Below are positions 25,827 to 37,395 of a stretch of 64,000 bases of DNA, in pieces. Where the stretch lies: NCBI GenBank assembly GCA_047967505.1, contig CM106538.1; one strand, given 5' to 3'. The notes beneath the pieces were generated by a model, which was not told the origin of the DNA, did no database searches, and was given only the letters and a program-made list of their open reading frames with translations. The translations under genes were made by a program, and so were the position numbers. The DNA comes from Dipteris shenzhenensis (lineage: Eukaryota). Positions within the stretch are counted from its first letter, which is position 1; the number at the start of each line of letters is the position of its first letter.

Positions 25827-27392
25827 AAAGTCCTCAGATGCTGAGATGGCAGACCCACCAACAGAGAAGACTAAAAGATCCCGCAGGAGCAAGTGGTCGC
25901 CCTCGAATTTTTCCATCGGCTCGGGGCAAGAAGACTATTCGGTCGTTCAAGACCTTGCTCATCGTTCTTTGAGCATCACGCTCTCTCAACTAATAGCATT
26001 AAGCCCTAAGGTGAGACGTGAGCTACAACAAGGGCTCTCAACAAGAAGACTATTCGGTCGTTCAGGACCTTGCTCATCGTTCTTTGAGCATCACGCTCCC
26101 TCAACTAATAGCATTAAGCCCTAAGGTGAGACGTGAGCTACAGCAAGGGCCCTCAACAAGGAGGAACAAGAAAAAGGAAAAGGTAAGAGAGGTATCTTCT
26201 ATCTCTGAAGAAATTCATCGGCACCCACATACAGTCGATGTCATCATAGATAATTGCCGTGTCAAAAATGTGTGTGTTGATGGGGGAGCTGCATGTAATA
26301 TCATGGTGCCCCGAATCATGAAGAAATTGAATTTGAAATGTACAAGGCGTTCCTCCACTCGAATCAAGGTAGCAGAGATGGTCGACGACTCGCCACCCTG
26401 GGAGTCATTGAGGATTTGCCAATCACTGTCAATGGGTTGACCACCACCGTCAATTTCTATGTAGTGGACATTGAAGATATAGGCAGGAGTTACCCAGCCA
26501 TACTCGGGAGACCATGGTTGAGAAAGAGTGATGCAGTCAGCTATTGGAAGACAGGACACATGTCTTTTCGTGCTTCTAGGGAGAAGATCCCGATGCAACC
26601 AGGTACCACGGAACCAGAAGAAGAAGAGGAGCAAGACAGTGATACTCTCTCATCCTCGATGTCTGAATCAATGGAAGAATCAAATGGGGGGGGAGTTCTC
26701 AGAGAAGGAAGTTTACATGATGAGGGTGTCTTCGACCCCGCCACCTGCAGAAAAGGTAACAGCTAGTCCTCAACAGCTTGAATCTATGCTTTTCCAAGAC
26801 CTCACTCCAAGTGAGAAAGATGAGTTCCTAGAAATGTTCAAAGATTTCCCTGACCTTTTCGCAACTAGCTACCGCCACCTTCGCCATTTGAGGGCGTCAA
26901 GCCTGACCCCGAGAAGGTAGAAGCTATCCTCAAGCTCTCCCAAATAATAACTCAACATCAGGTACGCTCATTTGTCAATCTAGCAAGATACTATCGCCGC
27001 TTCATTGATCAATATGCTGCTTTGAGAAGACCCATGACTATGCTATTAAAAGATGCGGTTGATTTCTCTTGGGATGAGGATTGTGATCATGGGTTTCCAC
27101 AAATCAAGAATGCTCTGGCTTCAGAACCCATTCTACGCAATCCAGATTGGTCAAAGACTTTCTATATCAATCCTGGGTTTGAAGAGCACACTCTGGCAGG
27201 TATTCTTCTCTAGCAAGGGGAGGATTGGTTCATGTATCCCGTTCGATTTGCTTCTCGACAATTACTCGACACTGAGCGACACTATTCAGAGACTGATAAG
27301 CATGACTTGTCTTTGGTGTTTTGCATTAAGAAATTTAGGCATTATGTGGCTGGAAAGTCCTTAATTATACTCACTAGCACTGGTCTTGCAAA
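25827..27392 (+). pseudogene. Element B protease, RT ends (core deleted near 26888) and degenerate RH
   Basis: VCVDGGAACNIM, LGRPWL; HLRH joined directly to EGVKPDPEK; DWSKTFYINPGF; about 115-bp tandem duplication at 25929-26160. Confidence 0.88.
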
Positions 27393-27774
27393 GCACTCTC
27401 AATTGTGTGCGACAACCCTTTGCCTCATTTTTCCACATAAATCAAGCCCCGTATCTCAAGTCTAAGATACTCCCTTGATCTCTTCCCAATTTTATAATAC
27501 GTTCAAACCTCTAGGAGGACAAGTGGAGGGATGGCACAAGGAATCTTGCCACCTCATCCTACTTTCCCATTATTTAACTTGCTCTCTTGGGCCTTCTATA
27601 CCCCACATGGCTATCTTGCTCTTCATTCCCTCCCCTTCTAATTCCCTCCCCTTCTAATTCCTTTTTCCCTCTCATGATAACGTTTCACCCTCATGTTCTC
27701 CTTTCCTCTATTGCCTCCGAGCGTCGCCATGCTTAGCCTCTAGCCTCTGGTCCTGATTTCTTTTCCGGCTAATA
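27393..27774. repeat. Rearranged 3' LTR of B: inverted LTR piece (27393-27610) plus U5 end (about 27618-27774)
   Basis: First part matches the A LTR orientation; second part matches 15898-16037. Confidence 0.8.
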
Positions 27775-27824
27775 ACACACACACATATTAATCTCTTTTT
27801 CCTTATACAAATTTATCCATAACA

Positions 27825-28145
27825 ATTTCCCCTCCCAGGCAGGGAATGCACAGCATTTCCATGCATGGGTCCATCACGCACAAAGAAGGGCTTGAGATAA
27901 CGCTTGTTTATCACCTTCCTACCATATGACTCATGCAACTCCTGAACTTGTACAGACCCATTGCTACGTTCCTTGATGACTTTGTATGGACCGGTCCACA
28001 GTGGCAGAAACTTCTTATCCATTTGGCGGTCCAATCTGTTATCAAAGCATAGCACAACATCCCCCTCAGCAAAGTGGCTTTCTCATCCCTTGCGAATCTT
28101 AGCATCAAAGCGGATCTTTTGTCGATTATTTTGAATCTCTGTTTA
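27825..28145 (-). mobile_element. PPT and integrase C-terminus of a third, truncated A-family copy sharing A's LTR
   Basis: Homologous to 7053-7330; LCFDNRLDRQMDKKFLPLWTGPYKV; PPT GGGAGGGGAAAT abuts the LTR. Confidence 0.88.
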
Positions 28146-28239
28146 ATGTAGAGCAGTGTGTGGGGGGGGGGATGTGCTCATCCCATTTTGGGATAGTGAC
28201 TCTGTAATATAAAGCAACAAAAAATTTTCACACAAAAAA

Positions 28240-28330
28240 AGAGTGTGTGTGTGTGGGGATGTGTGTGTGGGCACATGCGTGTGCGTGAGTGTGAGTGCAC
28301 GTGCGCACGCGCGTGTGTGTTTTTTTTTTG
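28240..28330. repeat. Compound (GT)n microsatellite
   Basis: Visible GT/GC dinucleotide runs followed by a T run. Confidence 0.85.
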
Positions 28331-28496
28331 CATCCAAGGAAACTATGGGTCACCAATGACATGTCACAGATACTTTGGAGACACAAACATGCCTTTGAAA
28401 AACTTGGGATCGAGTACTTCTTTTTAAAGAAGAACTTATCAAAGGTAATAAAAGGACATCCCCACACTGAATCACGAGCATCCCGCAAGCATATAC

Positions 28497-28589
28497 CTTG
28501 AAACGGTATGGATGATGCGAAATTGGTTGTTTCTTCTCATCCTCAGGATGAGGCCTCCTTCGTGGCCAGTAAGGTCTACCCGCATCCCT
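28497..28589 (-). CDS. PTAC10: PTAC10 exon (RDAGRPYWPRRRPHPEDEKKQPISHHPYRFK)
   Basis: CAG acceptor, GTATAT donor, 93 nt phase 0-0; RD.GRP...HPY motif. Confidence 0.88.
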
Positions 28590-28751
28590 CTGCAGCAGAC
28601 TCTTTGATGAGGAAAAAAACAATACAAACTAGAATTCATCACATAACTTCTTTGGAGTCCAAAAAAGTGAATTTGTGAAAAAAAGTAGAATTCATTGCAT
28701 AACTTCTTTAGAATGAAAAAAAATTAGATTTGTGAACTGCAAACATCTTAC

Positions 28752-28818
28752 AGTTACAACATCCATGTTGGTTTCGTCTTTTCTCACAAAGATAGGAGGA
28801 TGCTTGAACCTATGGAAT
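28752..28818 (-). CDS. PTAC10: PTAC10 exon (IFHRFKHPPIFVRKDETNMDVVT)
   Basis: TTTTTCAG acceptor, GTAAG donor, phase 2-0 consistent; F.RF..PPIF motif. Confidence 0.9.
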
Positions 28819-29320
28819 CTGAAAAACAAGTAGGGCCATGACAAAAGTCACATTCGGCCAAATTACAAGCTTGGAATAATTTTTTGCTCAAATTAGAGAA
28901 TTAGCGAATCAATGCTTTTGGTTAGATGCAAATTTTTATACATGCATCCCCTTCATACACTCTTTTTGTGCTGCACTTTCATGTGATATACTACCATTCA
29001 TGTATGCATCATTTGATGTACTACCTTTCATGTATGCATCTTTTTACCATGATGGGCCATGCTTCACGCCACCTGAAAAGTCCAAGCGAAGCCTAAATTG
29101 CTTATAATAGTTCACATAGGCATCCTATGTAGATTGGGCGTATGGGGAGGCGGTATGAAACAAACAACCCCCTAGAAAAAAAAACATTATAAAAGCAAAT
29201 AGGTTCCATCCTCCTTGATCCTTGAGCTGCTTTACTATCGGTCAAATACATTCATTGACATTCCTAAGGTTACAAAGGCAAAAGCACCTCTAGATTCACA
29301 CTAAGGAGCCAAAAACTCAC

Positions 29321-29394
29321 ATAAGATGGTCAATGTTTGGATTTACAAAACGCATCTCCACAGGAAACCGAAAGCGATATGGATCTCTCTTTGC
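29321..29394 (-). CDS. PTAC10: PTAC10 exon (AKRDPYRFRFPVEMRFVNPNIDHL)
   Basis: CAG acceptor, GTGAGT donor; AKRDPYRFRFP.E.RFV.PNIDH is a highly conserved PTAC10 motif. Confidence 0.93.
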
Positions 29395-29644
29395 CTGCAC
29401 AAGGGCACTAAAATGAAAAATTTGTTAACGCTACTAACAATCATTTATGATTTCATTAAATCCATTCCATTCCACACACAAAAATCTGAACAAATTAGAA
29501 TGATAAAATCATGTGTGCACTTTGCCTGTATTTCATAGCTTGTATCAATTAGTAGCCTTATCCCACAATGGTAGACGAGCTCCACATGTTTATTGACGTC
29601 AAGGACTGATTAGATAAATGCATGTGATTAGAGGAGGTACTTAC

Positions 29645-29726
29645 TATAACTTCAACTTGAACCACCATGCCGACTTTGATATGATCTCGAATATAATACC
29701 AATCATTGCGCCTTATCGGAATCCAC
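29645..29726 (-). CDS. PTAC10: PTAC10 exon, S1 domain (GWIPIRRNDWYYIRDHIKVGMVVQVEVI)
   Basis: TAG acceptor, GTAAGT donor; completes the Gly codon from the previous exon; W.PI..NDW..IR..IKVGM motif. Confidence 0.92.
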
Positions 29727-30111
29727 CTACAGTTCACAATAAAAATTATAAAGTAGCACCCCCAATACCCATTCCTAATCATCAAAACTACTAGCAACAA
29801 ATGTGCAAGTTCTTAAATTGTGTTAAAAATATTGAGAGATAGTTAGCCTTAAAACTCAGCTAAGAAAAGAAATGTTAGAACAATTTCATGTATGATTCCA
29901 AAGCAAGTTTGTTAGCACTCGCATATTTTGAAAGACAGAAAAACAAAAATAGACTTGTAAAATCATTCAAAGTAGAGATCATTTGAAAGGGGGAAATTTT
30001 ACAAAGGAGCAAAGAGAGAACAAGATGAGGATTACATACGGATGGAGCTTAAAAAAGGTTAAGTATTCACACTCATATATTACACAAAGTAAGCATCGGA
30101 ACTGCAAGGTA

Positions 30112-30246
30112 TGACTAGAGTGGATCTGCAAAGACATAGACTTTAGCCTAAATTAAAAACCCTAAAAGTGCCTAAAATATGACAAGAGTGGATCTGCAAA
30201 GACATAGACTTTAGCCTAAATTAAAAACCCTAAAAGTGCCTAAAAT
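30112..30246. repeat. Two-copy tandem duplication, about 68 bp
   Basis: AGAGTGGATCTGCAAAGACATAGACTTTAGCCTAAATTAAAAACCCTAAAAGTGCCTAAAAT occurs twice. Confidence 0.9.
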
Positions 30247-30739
30247 TGAACTCTGCATCCAGTAACATATATAGACAAATCATGAAAATGTGCAACCCAA
30301 ATGATAAATCATTAATAAGGACTCTAAATAATAATTGTTGAATAACTTCAATGCTGTGACTAAAAATAAAGTCTAAACTCACCCAAAAAAACAATTGAAT
30401 TATATTTGAACCCCCTCATGGAGGAAGTAGAGCAAGACAAACCATCATCAGGTGATTGCCTAGTCCATAGTCTATCGTAAAGTATACAATCTATAAGATT
30501 TGTCAAAAAAAGACTAATCTCCACCAGTCACACCTTCGTCCCACCAAACCCATCTAGCTTGCCACTATAATCTTCAAGATTGCCCGTCAACCAGATTGAA
30601 ATTCCAAAACCCATGCTGTCTAAGCACTCATTCGGCAAATAAATCAAGATTATTCTAATGGATTAAAAAACAACATTTCCAACAGATAGCGTGTTCGGAA
30701 GGCAGTCACTTGCTGCGGTTGGTACGGCAGCGTCACTTG

Positions 30740-31100
30740 CACTTGAACTTTATCGAATCAAGCAAGCTTGATGGAACGAACTCTTCATTGTGGAAGTTTA
30801 AGATGAAGACCCGGTCATGGTGGGGAACCCATGGAAGGTCGTGATCTGCTTGGAGAAGCGTGCAGTCTCAACTGCCATATGAAGGTCGTGATCAGCTTGG
30901 TAAAGTGTGCAGTCTCAACTTCCATTACACCAAACAAGGAGGTCGTTGAAGATGATGATGATGAAGATGAGAGTGGGAGGAGAAGGATGCACAAACAGTA
31001 GTTACATGAGGGTGAAGCTAGCGGACAAGAATGTAACACTAATCTAGAGGGATACAACCGCAATGGAGGCATTGGAGATCTTTCAAGGCCGGTACGAGCC
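30740..31100 (+). mobile_element. Decayed copia gag N-terminal fragment
   Basis: KLDGTNSSLWKFKMK at about 30764-30808. Confidence 0.55.
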
Positions 31101-31799
31101 CCGAATTCTAGCCTGTGTGATCGAGAAATAAAGAAATAAAGTTTATTAAAGTCTTCGGAAGACCGATGGTTCACTGAGACCATGAGAAACCTGATACAAC
31201 ACAAGCCGAAAGGGTGGAAGGGTGGAGCTACTAAACGAGCATCAACACCCATACTAAAGTGCTAAATGCCACTTAGTTATAATAACATCAGTGATAACAT
31301 CATATCAATATTAATATGGCCAACTCTATCATCACAACCACCACATGTCATCAAAGTACAAGGCCCCCCACCCCTCCCCCCCCCCTTTGCCCTCAAGGAT
31401 GGTGGGGGAGTGGTAACATGAAATCAGATATAGAGTGCTGTCAATTCTCTGTGGGTGTAGGCGTGCACCATCTCCTAGCTGTGGCCCTGCGTCTAACAAG
31501 GGCTATGATGACCCCTGTCCGTCGCACTCCAACCCTAATCATGGAGGGAATACCCCAAGTGTAATCTATGCATCCCTCCTCTGTTAGGTGTGTCGCATCG
31601 CCGGCTCAGGATCACGTCCGTGTCGGAGGCCCGCAGGGCAAAGCCTATGTGGTCTGGCTGGAAAAACTCGGTGATCATACTCTGAGAAGAGTTTGCTACT
31701 GTGCCCTGTCCCTATCTCTCTGATCTAAGTAATCGCTCTCGGTGTCGAACTGTCTCATGAAGGTAAACGGCCAAAAATCTCTAGTTCAGAAGAGAGAGA

Positions 31800-32990
31800 A
31801 AGCAGGATAGCAACTTGGAGCTATCTCTAAAGAGAGAAAAGTAGAGCACCTTTGGATCTCATGGTACACTGTGGATCTGAAAATGAAATGCTCCTCCAAA
31901 TCAATCTCTTGTAGATCACAAAAGGTGCATATGCGCCTCTCCCTGGGTACTCCCTCAACTTGACCACTCTCGATGAGGAGCCGATGTGAAGGGACCCGAA
32001 ACTGCCCAATAGCGATCCTCAGTGCATGGAAAAGATGGATCCGAGTATATCTCGAGGATCAACAAAGCCCTCCTATGAACTGCATAGGCAATGATCTTTG
32101 TAGAAGCTAAGCTTCACTGGGAGCTCACTCGGTTCCAACCAGGTCCAGAATGTGTCTAGCTGCAGGAGGTCCTCACGTATGACCCAGTTGACCTCGTGGT
32201 ACCCAGGTGGGAGAAATGGCATGTCATTGCTGTATTGAAAGGGAGGAAGTCTATCCATGTGGAGTCCCAATCTCTCGAACCACCTGTATGCACGGGTATA
32301 CCACCATCTCTGCTCACTCGCAACTACTAGGACCATAGACGAGAATAGTGCTAACCATGGTAGTCTACAACGTCCTGAAGTGCAGTCTCCATACCCTCTA
32401 ACATGCCATAGATACGTGAAGATCTGGAATGCTACATCAAGCTGTAATGGGGATGATCCAAACTTAGCCTGGATATCTGGTGGGAAACCAACGGCTTAGT
32501 GTGAATCATCCGTGATAGCATAAGAACATGTAGATGCTCCACCCGAGCCCACTTTGCATCTGAGAGATCCGACCCCCAACAAGAGCTGTCGTACATCCCA
32601 ATTGGTCTGACCAAGGAATTAAATAGAAGGGCCTTGGTCCGAGGGTCTAGGAAGTGCGAGTGGAAGAATTGCCTCTCTAACCGGGCTAGACAGGCATATC
32701 CTCTACTGAAATGGGCCTGCATCACCGGTCTCATCATAAAGAGAGGGCCAGAAAAGAGAACCCCTAGGTATGTGTAGGATGAAACAATCTCAACCGATGA
32801 TCAATCAAAGGTGAACCGCTCTCTATGCATGCCTGCTCTGGATGTATTAACCTTGGTCTTACCAAGATTGACCATCAAATCATGTGACTCGCAAAAGACT
32901 GTAATGCATCTAAATGTCTCTAGAGGCCCTCCACAGAGGAAGATAGGAGTACCATATCATCTGCGTATAGTAAAATCTGAATCAAAGCGC
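31800..32990 (-). mobile_element. Decayed RTE-type LINE 3' portion
   Basis: VNLGKTKV, TYLGV, TKALLFNSLVRP..MY....WG and degenerate C-terminal motifs. Confidence 0.7.
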
Positions 32991-33559
32991 TAGCAAGAGA
33001 GCATCTAGCCCCTCTTTGGTTGGCCCACAGACCTGCTGGCCAGCCAGATTAAGTGCTTACTCCTATCTACCTAAGCCTCTCCTATTAACGCATGGAGCAG
33101 AGAATGAGTTGCGGCAGCAGTTCCTTCAGTCTGAGGGAACCTACAATGAGCCTGTTATCTCTGGTTCATTCTTTTTATCTGCTGCAATCAAATCCAGATC
33201 AGTAAAACTGAGTATTTCGTCAGGTGACCTTGTGTGAGGTGCTTAGTTGTTGTGGACTTCTCAGCCTCGGCACATCTCCTTCTATTTTTCTACAACTTGC
33301 ACAAGGAAGTGTCACTGGAGGCCAAGGTTGTTGGATAATATGGGTCAACTCCCCGCATTTTAGCCCCCATATGAGGGGAGCAAAGGGAAATGATACCCAT
33401 AGAAAAATAGAGGGTGTGATCAGGCAATGAGAACCTGCCACATGGACAGGGAACGGGCTGCCATGTGGGCAGGACCTCAGGGGCCAGATGCGCCATGTTA
33501 CGGCAGATGCATGGTTGGACAAGCACCAAGCAAAAACTTCTGAGATATGTTGACAGTCC

Positions 33560-34330
33560 ACAGGTTCAAAGGGAAGACCCAAGGATCCTAATGAGCTGGT
33601 AGAACATCTCTCGCGATTGGAAGAACATTTCAAACTTTATCCAATGACTAAGGAGGGCAAGATCCTTTATGTTGGCATTCACTTGGACAACTATGCCCAT
33701 TCTTGGTGGAGGAAGATGAGGAGTTCATCATGAAGCCAATTTTTCCTCTTTCCATACCATTCATCAGGCTTTTGCAAGCAGCCGGTGCGTAAACGGCAGT
33801 ACATCCAAGGATTGAAGCCCTATGTTGCCTCACACATGTGCGAGCTCAAGATCCTGGGAATTGAAGTACATAAACTTTTGGAGCTGTTTGAGCCCAAATA
33901 CAGCAGCTATAATGAAAATCATGTCAATTCCTCACATTTGGGCAGGACACCATATCCGAATATGCAATGCAAAGACAACTCCTTGGAGCTGCCATGCAGG
34001 TATATGGCATTGCAGTCAGTCAATGGTTATATGAAACGTCAAGAGCAAGACACAAAGGGGTGTGCAAGGCACAAAGGGGAAAGGTCAAGGTCTATGTGAT
34101 CTGAAGCTTCTTGACGACAAGATCTATGTGATTCTAAAGCTTCTTGATGACGAGCTTGTCAGGATGGGTCGATACTTATTGTTTGCATGACCCAGAAAGT
34201 GCCACAACATCAGTGGCAAAGAGCTACATCCATTTTCCTTTTGAGACAAGTGACATGCATGATGGAGTAAGCTCTTTCTGCAGTAGGGAGCTTGGGATGT
34301 ATGGCCATCAATTACAAGTTTATAGGAGAA
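33560..34330 (+). mobile_element. Highly decayed gypsy gag/protease remnant
   Basis: KILYVGIHLDNYAHSWW, KRQYIQGLKP. Confidence 0.55.
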
Positions 34331-34844
34331 AATTAGTTTAGGCAGGAATGCTTGCAATAAAGGCCAAAATGGGCCAATTTAGTGAATTAGGCTAATTTGG
34401 CTAGGGGTTTTTGGTTGTTCTAGACACGGCTAAAAAGCATATAGTGGTAAGGACTGTGTAAGTCCACCTCCCTCACATTTTGATATGACATCTTCACTCC
34501 CTACTCTACTCAGCTCTCCTGCATTCCTCTCCAAATATCCTATGCAAGCTCTATCTTTTTCTACCCCCCTCTCTGTGTTTCACTCTTGTGCCCTTCTTCC
34601 CCTTTCCCTACGTAGCTGCTTTTGTATCCTTTTCAAAGCATATATAGAAGGTACTTTTATTCCATCCTGCGTCACCATAAGACTTACACATCATTTACAT
34701 GAATGATCCGCATTAATAATGCAACCAATGCAAGTCTACTAGAGCATGTAAAAGTTCCATATTTATCAAAAGGCAGTAGTCCACATGACTTTCCATCCTC
34801 AGTGTGCCTGGCAGCATGAAAAGCAGGGTCTATTAGAGGCTTAC

Positions 34845-34918
34845 CCATCATGTACTCCACCAAAATATACAAAAGCTCCTTCGTATAAATGCACATATGT
34901 GACTTCTCCCAGATAATG
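34845..34918 (-). CDS. PTAC10: PTAC10 exon, S1 domain start (HYLGEVTYVHLYEGAFVYFGGVHD)
   Basis: CAG acceptor, GTAAG donor, 74 nt ending phase 2; S1-type G.V....YGAFV..G motif. Confidence 0.9.
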
Positions 34919-35093
34919 CTGCATGGACACAGGTTTTTAAAAATGACATTACTGAACAGGTGATCGCCCAAAAAAAAGGATAAAGGACTGGACATGGTAG
35001 CAAGAAAACCGATAACAGTCATTACGAATTTGTGCAGCATGCACATGTTTCAAAAATAATGTAACTGATGCAGGTTAATATAAGAAAAGATAC

Positions 35094-35123
35094 CTGTCCA
35101 GGATATATAAATGGAAGCTCGTA
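35094..35123 (-). CDS. PTAC10: PTAC10 exon (YELPFIYPGQ)
   Basis: CAG acceptor, GTATC donor, 30 nt, phase 0-0; resembles the LPFYYPGQ motif recalled just before the PTAC10 S1 domain. Confidence 0.82.
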
Positions 35124-35224
35124 CTGTCTCCAGCATTATCACATGCATCACATCCCCAACCAAAGGTGTAAACAAAAAATCCACAATGAAAATGCAAATG
35201 CTAGCATGAAAAAACATGAATTAC

Positions 35225-35270
35225 GATTTCTTGAACCCCTCTTTGATTCCGAGTGTAATGAAGAGCCTTC
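35225..35270 (-). CDS. PTAC10: PTAC10/PAP3 homolog, most 5' exon found (KALHYTRNQRGVQEI)
   Basis: TAG acceptor and GTAATT donor; in frame with the next exon; weakest protein resemblance of the set. Confidence 0.6.
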
Positions 35271-36157
35271 CTAGAGAGCTTCAAACCACTGGATAGTTTC
35301 GATCATATATCAGACACAGGTCAGCTTGTTGGGTTTATGGCAACCTCTAGAATGGGAGGGGAGGACTCAAGCATATTTTAGCACTAAAATCCCATCCACT
35401 CACAATGACTGTCATGGTTACACTTTCATATATGAAAATGTAAAGGTTTTTAGAACTTGGACAAATCAGTTGCAAAGCCCTTGATGCACTTATCAAGCAG
35501 AATTTGCATGTCCAGTAATACAGAACAGCAATGAAAAGCTAAAAGGATTATTACACAATTCACACACAATTTTCATCATTGACATCATCAGTTCATCTGA
35601 CAAAGTTCAACTCATAATTCTTCTACAGAGACACTCATTTTATATCCACACCTGGACATTATGTGGCTGGTGATATGGAGGTCAAGTTAACCTAGGGTCG
35701 TGTAACCTAACCTCGGGACAGTGAGAACATGAAATACCTTTGGTACAATTAGGGCAGTCTTAGGGTTGAGACAATTAAGTGTGAGCCTTAGCTTGTTTGG
35801 GGCATTTTTGGGAGTGGGGCCTCCTCAGGATACCCAAACGAGCATCCAAGTAACAAAATGCTTACACCATCTAGCTGATAGGGCAGAGAGAATTTATCAC
35901 AATATCAGTAGGCCACAACATGGGCAAAAACTTCACAAGGTGAAATTTGCATGTCCACTAATGCGGCAGAAATATATATCTAGATGAATCCAGAAACATG
36001 CCCAAACTCATCCTCTAAAATACAACACGTAGTGCAGTTTCAATCTCACGATAGTCGCTCACAAGATTGAAAACCATAAACTCCATCACGCATAGCAGGG
36101 ACAAGATACTGTGACATCCCCACTGACGTCATCAGCACCCAACAGTGGTTTGCAATC

Positions 36158-36560
36158 GTGCCACTGCGAAGCCGCCTCAAGTCATCCACGGTAAGCAAGG
36201 CACCACTGGAGGAGCAACCTCAGAAGAAGGGAAACAAACCCATAATGGAAGTGGAATCAATTGTGGAAGTACCAATTCAGATTTCATTGAGTAAGCTACT
36301 AAATCTTGTACCGCAATTTCACAAGCAGCTTCTGCAATCCATAGCCAAAGGGTCACAAATTCCAGCAGTGCTAACACTTCAGGCAGACTTAACACTAGTC
36401 GCACCAAGCCCATTGACAGATATGAGAGTTCCGGTCATCATTACTAAGGCACAGGGAAGGATATTCAAACAAGTTCTCATCAATAGTGGTTCAGGAGTTA
36501 ACATTGTCACACTGAAGACATGTCGGGAAATGGGATGGCTAGAATGGGAGCAGCAAGCGT
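36158..36560 (+). mobile_element. Gypsy protease fragment
   Basis: ISLSKLLNLVP and VLINSGSGVNIV (degenerate DSGS), same layout as the A/B protease region. Confidence 0.7.
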
Positions 36561-36949
36561 TGTTCCACAATACATGCTTGTCTAGTAGCACAACACTTAG
36601 GAACTGTTGTCTGGTAGCGCAGCATTGTGCTATAGTAGTTTGCGAGCTAAATGTCTGGTATGTTGTAATTATCGCCATATTTCATGGCAGTGACCAATGT
36701 ATGGTCAATAAGTGAGTTAGGGGCACTTTTTCCCTCATTTCCTAACCACAGTTAGGATCCCTAACTACGGTTAGTGGATAGGATAAGGTTTTGTCAATTA
36801 GGCAAAACCTTCTCCTTTTGTATGTTCTCTCTCTCTCTTATTCAGTACGTTTTGTGTGGCTTGCTCTCCATCTCTCGTTTTCCTTCATTTGGTATCAGAG
36901 CCCAGCTTCTGGACCTGCCTCTGCTTATGTCCATCTCCTACTCCAGCCA

Positions 36950-37395
36950 GGAATCCGTACAAGCAGCTCAATACAGCTCGTGTGCTGCTCCGTCGACACT
37001 ACCCGTACAACTCGGCCGTCAAGCTCCCCGTACATCGTACGGATTGACTCTTCGTCGCCATACGTACCTGCAGCTCCAACCCGCCCATACAACACCTGCA
37101 CACTCCGTCCGTACAGGGTACCACATCATACAACGACTGTACGCTCTCCGTGTAGCTCCCATACAACAGTATGGCTCCAGACTGTTCATCGTCCGTACAC
37201 GCCTTAATGTCCTTGTCTGTACTGCTCGCCATCCGTACAGGAGCCCGCAGTCCCTGCCCGTACACGTCCGTTTGTACTCCGTCTGTACAGCCGTACATTG
37301 CCCTACAGCCGTCCATTGCCCTACAGCCATACATTGCCATACAAGCCCGTCCGTACTCATTCTGGGCATCTGACCATATAGTCCGTACTGTACAA
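36950..37395. repeat. CCGTAC-rich degenerate repeat leader of D
   Basis: Many CCGTAC/CGTAC/TGTAC words. Confidence 0.75.

Larger units (their letters stand above)
15056..27774 (+). mobile_element. Gypsy element B, same family as A, opposite orientation, internally deleted
   Basis: 5' LTR 15056-16037, PBS 16042-16074, colinear with A; flanks AACAC/AACAC or ACAC/ACAC; RT core and integrase deleted. Confidence 0.9.
5351..27824 (-). mobile_element. Ty3/gypsy non-chromovirus LTR retrotransposon A (hosts elements B and C)
   Basis: Two homologous LTRs, PBS at 14101-14116, PPT at 6580-6590, gag-PR-RT-RH-IN order on the minus strand. Confidence 0.9.

Noticed and set aside
34360-34430. Possible DNA-transposon/MITE end
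   Set aside because: No partner terminal inverted repeat or TSD could be identified.
35865-35873. Possible 9-nt micro-exon (CAG/CTAGATGGT/GTAAG) of PTAC10
   Set aside because: Gives a stop codon in the phase needed to join the 35270 exon; unsupported.
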